A stretch of 64,000 bases of DNA from Octopus sinensis (taxonomy: Eukaryota), in assembly GCF_006345805.1 (NCBI RefSeq), contig NC_043025.1, forward strand, positions 4,030,001-4,094,000, written 5' to 3'. Under the pieces are notes generated by a model that worked only from the letters and a program-made list of their open reading frames with translations, did not search any database and was not told the DNA's origin. Of the stretch, positions 53,226 through 64,000 are shown one piece after another (the stretch's first letter is position 1; the number at the start of each line of letters is the position of its first letter). The position numbers and the translations under genes are program-made.

Positions 53226-53611
53226 TGTCCTGAAGAGAGACTTGCTGGCAACTGGAATCCATTCTATTCCCGACAACCAAAGTTGGACGGTGGGGCAAAG
53301 TGAGTGAGGGTCAGACACAGAACATATCTTTTAGCTTTCTATTGTTTCGGTCACGGGACTCTGGCCATGCTGGGGCATCAACCTGATGGGTTTACTCAAA
53401 CAAATCAACCCCAGTACTTAAGGTTTTGTTAAATGCACACTACTTATTCTATCAGTCTCCAGTAGAACTGCAAAGTTACAAGGACATAAACAAACCAACA
53501 GATTGTCAAATGGTAGAGTGGGAACAGAGACATACAAACACACATATATATCACAGGAGACAAGATTCCATACAGTTTCCATCCAACTTTGTACTTTCCA
53601 TCAACCCGTTC

Positions 53612-54209
53612 AAGAAGGAGAAGAAGAAGAAGAAGAAGAAGAAGAAGAAGAAGAAGAAGACTACGAAAAAGAAGGAGGAGGAGGAGGAGAAGAAGAAGGA
53701 GAAGAAGACTAAGAAGAAGATTAAGAAGAAGATTAAGAAGGGGAAGAAGAAGAAGAAAAGAAGAAAGGGAAGAAGAAGAAGAAGAAAGACAAGAAGAAGA
53801 AGAAGAAGAATTGGAGGAAGGAGGAGGAGGAGAAGAAGAAGAATTGGAAGAAGAAGAAGAGGAAGAAGAAGACTAAGAAAAAGAAGCAGAAGAAGGAGAA
53901 GAAGGAGGAGGAGGAAGAGAAGAAGAAGAAGAAAAGAAGACTAAGAAGAAGAAGGAGGAGGAGAAGGAGAAGAAAAAGACGAAGAAGAAGAAGAAGAATT
54001 GGAGGAAGGAGGAGGAGGAGAAGAAGAATTGGAAGAAGAAGAAGAGGAAGAAGAAGACCAAGAAAAAGAAGCAGAAGGAGAAGAAGGAGGAGGAGGAAGA
54101 GAAGAAGAAGAAGAAAAGAAGAAGACTAAGAAGAAGAAGAAGGAGGAGGAGGAGAAGAAAAAGACGAAGAAGAAAGAGAAGAAGAATTGGAAGAAGAAGA
54201 AGAAGAAGA
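53612..54209. repeat. Polypurine (GAA/GGA)n tract of about 600 bp
   Basis: Almost entirely purines, with duplicated interruption blocks (gaattggaggaagg...). Confidence 0.95.
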
Positions 54210-55571
54210 TCTAACAATGCACAAAGGTTAAAGAACCTTTTTCCTTCAGAAGATGGGTTTTGTGCCCAAAATATGAAGTATTTAAAAAAATCCTCTTTGT
54301 TAGAAGCTTTTCTTATTTCATTCAAGTAAAGGCACATGGTTCACTGGTTACAGTTTTGGGCTCCCAATCATGAGGTAGTGAGTTCAATTCCTGGACTGGG
54401 TAGTGCGTTGTGTTCTCGAACAAGACACTTTATTTCACGTTGCTCCAGTTCAGTCATCTGTAGTTATAAGTTGCAACATCATTGGTGCCAAGCAGTATCG
54501 GTCCCTTTGCCTTTCCCTTGGAGAAGAAGAAACCAATACAGCCTCCCTTGCATGGGTGGCTGCTGGTCCTTCAGAAACAACCTAGCTCAAACCTGTGCCT
54601 TGGAGGGGAACTCCCAAGGTGCAATCCCATGGTCATTCATGACCGAAGAGGGTCTTTTCCCATTCATTATTTTACATGTGTGTGTATATGTATATATATT
54701 TCTTTATTACCCACAAGGGGCTAAACAAGGACAGGCAAGCGAATTTAAGTCGATTATATCGACCCCAGTGCGTAAGGATGAAAGGCAAAGTCGACTTCGG
54801 CGGAATTTGAACTCGGAACGTACTGACAGACGAAATACTGCTAAGCATCTCGCCCGGCACGCTAACGTTTCTGCCAGCTCGCCGCACACACACACACACA
54901 ATAAATTCCCTCAGTTTCCATCTACCAAATTCAATAATAATATATATGTTTCTTATTACCCACGAGGGGCTAAACATAGAGGGGACAAACAAGGACAGAC
55001 AAGCGAATTTAAGTCGATTATATCGACCCCAGTGCATAACTGGTCCTTAATTTATCGACCCCGAAAGGATGAAAGGCAAAGTCGACCTCGACATACACAA
55101 CAAATTCCCTCAGTTTCCATCGAACAAATTCAATAATAAGGGCATGGTTGGCCTGAGGTTATGGAAGGAGATACTTGCCCAATGTGCCATGCTGTTTATG
55201 GTTTCTAACCTGGAGATTGAACACATTCTTAATATGGAAAACGAATCATGGAGACTTGGGCAAACAAGGTTGAAGAACACTGGGAACAACGCAAATGGTG
55301 ATTTCCAGAAATAGAAACAATTAATGCATGAATGTAACAGTGATGAAGGTGGTGGCAGTGATGATGATGATAATGGTAGCGGTGATGGTGGTGAGGACAG
55401 TGCCGACAAAAACAAGCACAACAATCAGAATAAGAAAAACAGCCGTGTTTATAAGAAAGAAAATGAATACAGTGCAAATATAATTTTAAAAAAACCCATA
55501 TATATATATATACACACACACACACATAGGTACATACACATATATAAACAAAGATACACATATATATATAT

Positions 55572-55612
<41 letters not shown>

Positions 55613-55909
55613 CATATATACATATATATACATATATACATATATATATACATATATACATATATATATACATATATATATACATATATATATATATACA
55701 TACATATATGTACACATATATATACATATATACACACATATATATATATATATCCATGCATATACACACACATGTGTATGCATGTGTGTGTGTATGTATA
55801 TTTACGAACACACGCTTACATACTAATATACATATCCCGATGCACATAAAATGGACAAACATTCAAATAAAAAAATGCAGCTACATCTACAATTGATATA
55901 CACACGCGC

Positions 55910-55940
<31 letters not shown>

Positions 55941-56118
55941 CACATATACATATATACCCACATACAGACGTGTATTTATGTCCACAGATATATAGTTTGA
56001 TATACACACACATATATGTCTATGTGTGTGTGTGTGTGCATGTGAACAGTTATGTGCATGCATGCATTTGTGTAAAAGAGGGATGCAGTGCTGTCTTAAG
56101 TGGAGGTGGCCACATTAC

Positions 56119-56187
56119 CTGGAGCTGTGCCCTCTTGTTTGCTGAGCCCCCATCGAAGGAGGGCTCCCTTGGCAGCAACCAAAAACT
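56119..56187 (-). CDS. NF1: Candidate NF1 symmetric exon (69 nt); phase-0 reading SFWLLPREPSFDGGSANKRAQLQ
   Basis: Unique, GC-richer island with acceptor tttgcattgtag and donor CAG|gtaatg. Open in all three frames; phase 0 would join exon 45806. No homology recognised. Confidence 0.45.
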
Positions 56188-56230
56188 CTACAATGCAAAC
56201 CGGGAAAGCTTTGTGATACAACCATTATAT

Positions 56231-56269
<39 letters not shown>

Positions 56270-56403
56270 CATATATTATAAATCTATACATATATATATA
56301 AATGTATATACTTTATAATTAGGGTTCAGCAATGATTTGCTTCACCACATACCAAAGTTTAGAAATAGCAGTCAAAAAATCTTAGCTATTCCTTCTACTT
56401 TAA

Positions 56404-56619
56404 CCCTTTTGTTACCAGCCCGGCCAAAACCGGCTCTGTAGTATAAATGTCTTGTTTTCATAAGTTTTCATTAAAATATACCAATTTATAAATAGTCACA
56501 ATTTATATTCCTAATGCTAGCTTAATGACAACAAAGTTATTTTACTAAATTCTTTGTTATATCTAAAATTAATTGACAGAAACACAGAGCATCTCAACAG
56601 AAATATGGTAACAAAAGGG
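56404..56619. mobile_element. piggyBac-type MITE, copy 1
   Basis: TTAA|CCCTTTTGTTACC...GGTAACAAAAGGG|TTAA. Confidence 0.85.
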
Positions 56620-56643
56620 TTAAAGTCACCATGATATTTTTAA

Positions 56644-56865
56644 CCCTTTTGATACCAACCTGGCTGAAACCGGCTCTGGTTCTGTAGTACAACTGTCTTG
56701 TTTTCCTAAGTTTTGAATTAAAATCTTCCACCAAACCTTAGTCACAATTTATGTTCCTAACACTAGCTTAATGATAACTAAGTTATTTTACTAAATTCTT
56801 TGTTATATTTAAAATTAATTGAAAGAAACACAGAACATCTCAAAATGAATACGGTAACGAAAGGG
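56644..56865. mobile_element. piggyBac-type MITE, copy 2
   Basis: TTAA|CCCTTTTGATACC...GGTAACGAAAGGG|TTAA. Confidence 0.85.
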
Positions 56866-57366
56866 TTAAAGGGGGTTCCTAGAAAAACCAAAGCACTTGA
56901 AAACAAACCACGCAGGCAAAAGGCTGTTTTCAAGTGCTTTAAAATACATTAAAGTACAAGGAATTGCTAAGATTTTTTGACTGCTATTTCTAAACTTCAG
57001 TATGTGGTGAAGCAAATCGTTGCTGAACCCTAATTATAAAGTATTACTTAAGCTTACCATGAAATGGTCCTCTTCATGCCGAATTCTACTTGGTGAAATT
57101 ACTGATTACTTCTTAATTAATTAATTTCACCCTTTGTTATTATTGTAAATGTATATATGTATATACATATAATGTATATCATATATATACTTATAGATAG
57201 GTATATATCATATACATCAGTATATCAAGGGCTATTTACTGTAAGTAAAGCCACACACTGTAAGGGGACCCTAAAGTCAACCTACTTCAACAAATACAGA
57301 GGCTCCGACTTCTAGGGAACGAACAAAGGAGAAATTCCTTTTAAAATGGTTTCTTCCATTTTTTTT

Positions 57367-57735
57367 ATTACTCTTTTACTTGTTTCAGTCATTTGACTGC
57401 GGCCATGCTGGAGCACCACCTTTTAGTTGAGCAAATCGACCCCAGGTCTTATTCTTTGTAAGCCTAGTACTTATTCTATAGGTTTCTTTTGCTGAACCGC
57501 TAAGTAACGGGGACGTAAACATACCAGCATCGGTTGTCAAGCGATGTTGGGGGGGGGACACATACATATATATATATACGACAGGCTTCTTTCAGTTTCC
57601 GTCTACCAAATCCGCTCACAAGGCTTTGGTCGGCCCAAGGCTATAGTAGAAGACACTTGCCCAAGGTGCCACGCAGTGGGACTGAACCCGGAACCGTGTG
57701 GTTGGTAAGCAAGCTACTTACCACACAGCCACTCC
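57367..57735 (-). mobile_element. SINE family 1
   Basis: Family 1 consensus match. Confidence 0.88.
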
Positions 57736-57939
57736 TAAACTCAGTTTAGTCATGTATCATTAATGATTTTATGATCAGCATCAAACCATATACTTTGTAT
57801 TAATTTTTTTTCTTAATTGGTTTTGCACACTGGCTACTTGATAAAATCTTATACAGATTATATCTTAATATTTTATTTATACACATATATACATACCTAT
57901 GCATGTATGTATGTGTGTGTGCGTGTGTTTATATACATA

Positions 57940-58327
57940 TCTATATATATAAAGCTGAATTTGCCTGTGTATGACAGGTTTGGTAGCCTTCAACTAACAC
58001 TATCTCCTCCGCGACCCTGCGGCGCAAGTTGACCAAAATTGAGAGAATGATAGAAGAAGGCTTGCTCTTCCTTCCGTAGAAGAAAAATTCAAATCGGACC
58101 ATGTTAACACCAAAAATTATTTACATCAAAAAGGTGCTTTTTTTTTCTATGAAAATCCCTATTTTTTACGATTTTTTTACTGCTGTGTTGCCATTTTTCG
58201 GTGTATTTCAACCAGAAAAATGTTCATTTAAAGAGAATAACAAGCTACATAATGCCAAATTACTCTTCAAAAATTCCAATTTTAAAGGTTTGAAACAAAC
58301 CCGAGCAATGCCGGGCGATATTGCTAG
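57940..58327 (+). mobile_element. Non-autonomous Helitron, second subfamily
   Basis: A|TC...cccgagcaatgccgggcgatattgCTAG|T. Confidence 0.85.
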
Positions 58328-59226
58328 TACATTATAAATTTAGATATAATTATTGTTATCCTCATTGTGGCTTCAACATCCACATTCCTGTGCTTGTATG
58401 GGTTTATTGAAGCCGATTTTCTACAGTTGGATACCTTTGCTGTCACCCACCCTTACCTGTTTCTGAACAACAGCATATTCCACCACCCCACCCATGGCCA
58501 GACATGATTTTCATGGAAAATCGGAAATGAGCCAACCAAAGCCTTGTCAATGATAGATGAAAATCAAAAAAAACCCACTGTGTGTGTGTGTGTGTGTGTG
58601 TGTACCCTTGTCTAGAGATTGCATGAAGGTTGTAAATGAGCCCTACCTATATCTTTACTACCCACAAGGGGTTAAACACAGAGAGGACAAACACTACCTA
58701 TTTCTTTACTGCCCACAAGGGGCTAAACACAGAGAGGACAACCAAGCGGGTTAAGTCGATAATTCGACCCCAGTGCGTAACCGGTACTTATTTAATTGAC
58801 CCCGAAAGGATGAAAGGCAAAGTCGACCTTGGCGGAATTTGAACTCGGAACGTAGCGGCTGACAAAATACCGCTCAGCATTTCGCCCAGCGTGCTGCCGA
58901 TTCTGCCACCTCGCCGCCCTACCATTGAACCATTAATGTTGTTCCTTTCCAATCTTCCATGAAAAATGTGTCTGGCCTTGGGAAATACTAATTTTTCTCT
59001 TCAGCAACTGGGAGGGCATTTGGCCATAGTAATCCTGCTTGACCGATTGCAAGAATGGAAAGGTCGGCTTTTAAACATAAAAGACTTCTTAATATTTCCC
59101 GAGTGTCAAACTAATACACTTGCTTGTTGTTCATACACCTATCTTCATCTTTTGTTTTTCTTAATTTTCAACTATACACAACAGTATTGAACAGTGAGAA
59201 TGAGTGCTCAACACCGTATTAATTAG

Positions 59227-59428
59227 ATATTTTTAATTTGTGGATTAACAAAGCTACCCATGGATTCATGCAGAAAATTCTCCAAAATTTTTCAAGCAGT
59301 CCAGTTAATGATACTGATAATCGCCTACAAAATGGAGAAAATTACCAGCAAGTTTAAGTGGACTGCTTGAAAAATTGTGGAGAATGTTCCATGAAACCAT
59401 TGGTTGCTTTGTTACTCCACAAATAATA
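59227..59428. mobile_element. TA-flanked MITE (tttgtggagtaacaaagc TIR); partial copies at 59478-59540 and 62000-62090
   Basis: Inverted terminal arms of about 60 bp. Confidence 0.7.
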
Positions 59429-60113
59429 TATATATATATATATCATAATATATAATATATAATATATATATATATATTATTTGTGGAGTAACAAAGCAAC
59501 CAATGGTTTCATGTAAAATTCTCCATGATTTTTCAAGCAGAGAGAGAGAGAGAGGCACACACACATCTCTACAAGACTAGAGCAATGAACAGCAAAATGT
59601 TGTTAGTGTTAGAGACTACTTGTGGTTCCTATCACCTAACAACTCCCTGTTTACTTGGCCCCTGCTCTGCATCATACTCCATCATTAATATCACTCTCAC
59701 TCATCCACCACCCCCACTCTGTGTCTCACTCAACCCTTCTTTCAATTTACCTCTCTATCGCCACCTCACCTCTCTCATATATAACGATGGACGGCACAGA
59801 GCATGTCTGCAAATCAATCTCCCTCCCCCCGCCTCTTCTTTTCTTTCTTCTTTACCCCACACCTCAGACCATGGGTCCAAACAAACAAATACAGCACAGA
59901 CGGCACACACACACAAGGTGTGGGGGTTTAATTGCTAGTGCATTCTATTCATGATTGTAAGGACAGGAGTTCAATTCCTGGTGGAGCACTGTGTCCCTGA
60001 GCAAGACACTTCATTTCACGTCACTCCAGTCCACTCAGCTGGCAGAAATGAGTAGTATACATAGTTTAAAGGGCCGGCCCTGTTAGAATTTGTATCACCC
60101 TGAATCTCTATGT

Positions 60114-60332
60114 CAGTGCTTTTCAACCTTTTTGCTGGAGCGGAACCCCAAGGAAACATTCCACTGGCTCGAGGAACCCCTGTGCAATAATTTAATTGTC
60201 TTACGCACACATATCTGCACAGGAGAATTAAAAATTACTGCCGATTTTAGCATTTTTGTAACTTCTTGCGGAACCCCTGGACTGTACTGGCGGAAGCCTA
60301 AGGTTCCGTGGAACCCTGGTTGAAAACCACTG
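60114..60332. mobile_element. hAT (Charlie-like) MITE
   Basis: CAGTG...CACTG TIRs and a perfect 8-bp TSD CTCTATGT at 60106-60113 and 60333-60340. Confidence 0.9.
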
Positions 60333-60667
60333 CTCTATGTTATGGGTACACATGCCTGTGGAATTGCTTTCACAGGCTGTTCTATTGGTCAGATCAAATG
60401 GAACACTCGTCATCATAACTGACAAAGCGCTCATCCAAGACACACACACACACACACGTGTGTGTATGTGTGTTTGCATATACAATATAATCAACCTGCA
60501 CAGACATACAAACAAGTCTAGAAAGGTATATTTGCCAAGCATGTGACCCGATGTGGGGTGGTGTTGGAATTAAAACCATTACAGCATCCAAGACACAAAC
60601 ACCAGCCATTCAAAAACACTGAAACACTGCTGATTTCAATTAAACCTTTATCATTTGGGGCCAAGCG

Positions 60668-60910
60668 GAGGCGCGTGGCTTAGTGGTTAGGGTGTCTGCA
60701 TCATGATCGTAAGATTGTTGTTTCGACTCCTGGACCGGGCGACACGTTGTGTTCTCGAGCATAGCACTTCATTTCACGTTACTCCAGTCCACTCAGCTGG
60801 GAAAAATGAGTAACGCTGCCATGGACTGGCGTCCTGTCCAGCTGGGGAACACATACGCCATAGAAACCGGGAAACTGGGCCCATGAGCCTGGGAAGGCTT
60901 TAAAAGGGCG
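60668..60910 (+). mobile_element. tRNA-derived SINE family 5 (head ggaggcgcgtggcttagtggttaggg). Other copies near 15010, 51055, 54335, 59915 and 62575
   Basis: tRNA-like head plus a repeated body ttcatttcacgttgctccagtccactcagctgg. Confidence 0.8.
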
Positions 60911-60993
60911 CATTTATTTTTTTATTTTATTTGGGGCCAAAATTTTCATTGCACTAACTGTGACTGGCCACTTGACATGGTCCAACCGTATAA

Positions 60994-61335
60994 GGCTGGA
61001 AAACGGAACATTTTCCAATCGAAGTCGGATGTAGAGGGTTTGTTGGACACAGCGTGAGATGACTTGTTATCACTAGGCCTAACTCATCGTAAAGTCAATA
61101 CCACCATGACTGATATCCAATCTACAGTGGAGAAGGCTAGCCACTGGATTTGGTTAAAAAGAGACGATGAGCGATGGCTAGAAGGATATTGAGCTTAACT
61201 TCATAACCAGCTGATCTAGCAAGCGGGGCCTCATATCAGTGAGGGGGGAACAGTGCGCATTGATGCTGTCGAGAAGTAGGCCCCGAAACGGCACGCATTC
61301 TCTCCTGATGACCCCATACACTTGCTGGCTTTCGG
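60994..61335 (+). mobile_element. HERO/R2-group (restriction-like endonuclease) LINE 3' fragment with structured 3' UTR
   Basis: GWKTEHFPIEVGCRGFVGHSV, then after a frameshift LGLTHRKV...VEKASHWIWLKRDD*, matching the recalled HERO C-terminal motifs PVEVGCRGF and ASxWxWLxR. Confidence 0.75.
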
Positions 61336-61577
61336 TATATGGAGCTTTTGACTGGTAGCACTTGCATGTGCAAGTTGTTTGCAAGACATCTAATATGCAT
61401 TGCGGTTACTTGGTCTCTTTTATCATTACTGATCTCTAAGATTAATATTTATCAATTGCTTTCTTAATGATGGAGTATGATGCAGAGCAGGGGCCAAGTA
61501 AACAGGGAGTTGTGAGTCTCTAACACTAACTACATTTTGGTGTTCATTGCTCTAGTCTTGTAGAGATGTGTGCGTGC

Positions 61578-61616
<39 letters not shown>

Positions 61617-61987
61617 CTAGCAGTATCGCCCGGCGTTGCTCGGGTTTGTAAGGGAAATAACTATAAAGCATTTTTAGAGAGTTATAGCCAAAAAATGGGA
61701 AAAAAATTATGGTAAATTTTTTTTTTAGTTAAAAAGGTTGAGTTGCGTCCCCTAGACAGTCTGTGGTTTGTGTTTCTGATTCTCGACCCCATGTCGAATT
61801 TATCGATTTTTTTCAGAACTGGAGGAACTTTTCAAAATTTTCGCTGCGTTAGTTTTGAATTATGACATTGGGCTATGTGTGTGTCAAGTTTCATCAGAAT
61901 CGGTCGAAAGCCGTGGTCAGGGTGAGGGTACAACCTAACAGACACACAGAACACAGACAGACAAACTGCCGTTTATATATATAGAGA
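61617..61987 (-). mobile_element. Non-autonomous Helitron, third subfamily
   Basis: TC...cccgagcaacgccgggcgatactgCTAG, inserted in (TA)n. Confidence 0.85.
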
Positions 61988-62855
61988 TATATATATATTA
62001 TTTGTGGAGTAACAAAGCGACCAATGGTTTCATGTAAAATTCTTCACAATTTTTCAAGCAGTCCACTTAAACTTGCCATCACAGTTTTCTAATAACTGTT
62101 GCTGTCACTCTCTCCCTTATTACACTCTCATCTATCCTAATGCCAATGATCCAGCCATCCACACAGCCTGCTTCACCCATTCCCTTCTCGTCACACACTT
62201 GTTCATGTAACCTTCAACTCACACATACATCAGAGAGCAGTGAGGACTCTTTAGCCCCAAACTTTACCGCAATAGCGCTGGCACAATAAGATGATCTCAA
62301 GGACACACTGTAAATTGAGTTGACACAATGAAAAGATGAGAGAACTCTTTAAACTGGAGCCAATGCACCCCTGGACACCGAGTGAAGGGTTTGGTGTTGA
62401 GGAGGGCATCCAATCACACTCAAAACGAAAAGTATGAGCAAGAGATGGGCCTCCAATCCATTTTGGAGCAGAGTAATCCCATCACATGCATACTGACACT
62501 GCAAACAGAAATATAAGGAGTGTAGAAATGAGAGAAGGACTCAATACAGACAGTGTTTGTTCTTTTGAAGTGGACACACATGGTTTAGTGGATAGGGTGG
62601 TGGACTCATGATCGTAACATTGTGGTTTTGATTCCTGGACCGGGCAATGCATTGGGTCCTTGAGTGAAACAATTCATTTCATGCTACTCCCGACCACTCA
62701 GCTGGCAAAAGCACGTAGTCCTGTGATGGAGTGGTGTCCCATCCAAGGGGAACAGATGTGCAATGGAGACTGGGGAAGCAGCCTTAGCAGTCTCTTATGA
62801 CTCAGGAAGGATCATATTTCTTTGATGGTGAGCATCTCTTTCATAAGTTACATAC

Positions 62856-62945
62856 ACACACACACACACATTTGAGGCTGCGCTGGTGCCCCATTCTGAG
62901 GCTGCTCCACTTCTTTGGTACACACGTCACTTTGGCTGTTGTTTT
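62856..62945 (-). CDS. NF1: Candidate NF1 exon: KTTAKVTCVPKKWSSLRMGHQRSLK(CVCVC)
   Basis: Acceptor ccatatttgcag. KKWSSLRMG loosely resembles human RKSMSLDMG. Donor position is ambiguous within (TG)n (gtatgt at 62855 gives phase 0). Confidence 0.33.
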
Positions 62946-63143
62946 CTGCAAATATGGAATTTACTCATTTATGGATCCGTTTCACACCAAAGTTCAGTCA
63001 ATGAATAACTACAGCAGCCACAGCTGCTACTACTACTACTATTACTACAGCTACTACAACTACTATTGCCACTACTACTAAAACTTCTACCACTCATGAC
63101 TCAAACCCAATTGACACAGATGGAATATGTAAACACACACACA

Positions 63144-63189
<46 letters not shown>

Positions 63190-63277
63190 TACATACATGA
63201 CTATGCATTAAATGATCACTATGTGAGTATGTATGTGTGTGTGTATATATAATATATATATATAATATATATATATA

Positions 63278-63820
63278 TATATGGGGAAAGTAAGACGAAA
63301 AAAAGCGAAAATAGATATAAAAAAAAATAAAGGCTTTTTTTATGAAAAGTAACGATAAATATACACAATTAGATGAACTGAGGTAGAATTAAGAGGAATA
63401 ACAATAATGACTGTTATTGCTCTTAATTCTACCTCAGTTCATCTAATCTTTATATATAAAACTGAAGTTGTGTGAGTGTCTGTCTCCTCCGATTTAGATT
63501 CCTAACTACTCCCACATTTTGCGGTGCAGTTTAACTAAAAGCGGGTATCTTGTAGTCGTGATTCATATCGAGCCCTTCTGGGTATTAGCGCACGTCTACG
63601 ATGAGTCTACGATTTAAAAAAAATTTACCATCATTTTTCCGCATTTTTTTGCTCGGTTTATATAAGGGAAGTAACTATCTAAAAATGCTTATATAGTTAT
63701 TTCCCTTACAAACCCGAGCGATACTGCTAGTTGTATATATTAATCGTTACTTTTCATAAAAAAAGCCTTTATTTTTTTAAAAATCCATTTTTGCTTTTCT
63801 CTTCTTACTTTCCCCATATA
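63278..63820. mobile_element. TA-flanked fold-back element (host of Helitron 63447-63730)
   Basis: Left arm ggggaaagtaag...taagag is the reverse complement of the right arm once the Helitron is removed. Confidence 0.75.
63447..63730 (+). mobile_element. Non-autonomous Helitron (3' hairpin deleted) inserted in a fold-back element
   Basis: A|TC...CTAG|T; the empty site can be reconstructed from the opposite arm of the host palindrome. Confidence 0.88.
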
Positions 63821-64000
63821 TAAATACCACGTGTAGTTTATTTTTCTCTTTGAAACCTAGTTCTGTTATATATACATATATACACTTTTTAAAATTTTAT
63901 TTATGGTTTCAGATAACAAGGGAGATCTCTTTACAATTTTCAAGCAAATAAACAAGGGAGACTTCTACACGGTAGCTTAACCTGGTAGAAATAGCAGCCA

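Larger units (their letters stand above)
56309..57043. mobile_element. Element with TIRs of about 78 bp enclosing the two piggyBac MITEs
   Basis: tactttataattagggttcagc...cttagc and its reverse complement at 56966-57043. Confidence 0.75.

Noticed and set aside
53426-54337. Long K/R/E- or F/S/L-rich ORFs
   Set aside because: They arise from the GAA polypurine tract, which lacks stops by composition.
61891-61897. CTGATGA on the minus strand inside a Helitron (also at 31757-31763)
   Set aside because: No correctly placed GAAA or stems I/III, so not hammerheads.

Overview
AT-rich, microsatellite- and SINE-dense animal DNA. The SINE families and gene sequence point to a coleoid cephalopod, most likely Octopus (inference). 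The window holds the 3' end of neurofibromin (NF1) on the minus strand. Five exons join in frame with canonical GT-AG sites (45806-45570, 43684-43584, 40845-40706, 35259-35213, terminal 1523-1053), and there are two weaker candidate upstream exons (62945-62856, 56187-56119). The rest is NF1 intron filled with tRNA-derived SINEs, CR1/Tx1/HERO LINE fragments, Helitrons, hAT/piggyBac/mariner remnants and simple repeats. The most notable signal is a set of minimal type-I hammerhead ribozyme (HHR) folds in tandem or fold-back elements of several unrelated families, resembling Penelope-like retroelement ends. One has a swapped G3-C8 core pair, and a tandem pair lies on the NF1 sense strand. Also seen: a 430-bp near-perfect intronic hairpin next to an NF1 exon, three homologous copies of the terminal-exon acceptor, an antisense Q/S/T-rich ORF, a LINE-mediated unequal-crossover duplication, and Helitrons lacking the 3' hairpin. 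SINE coordinates are approximate and only representative copies are listed.
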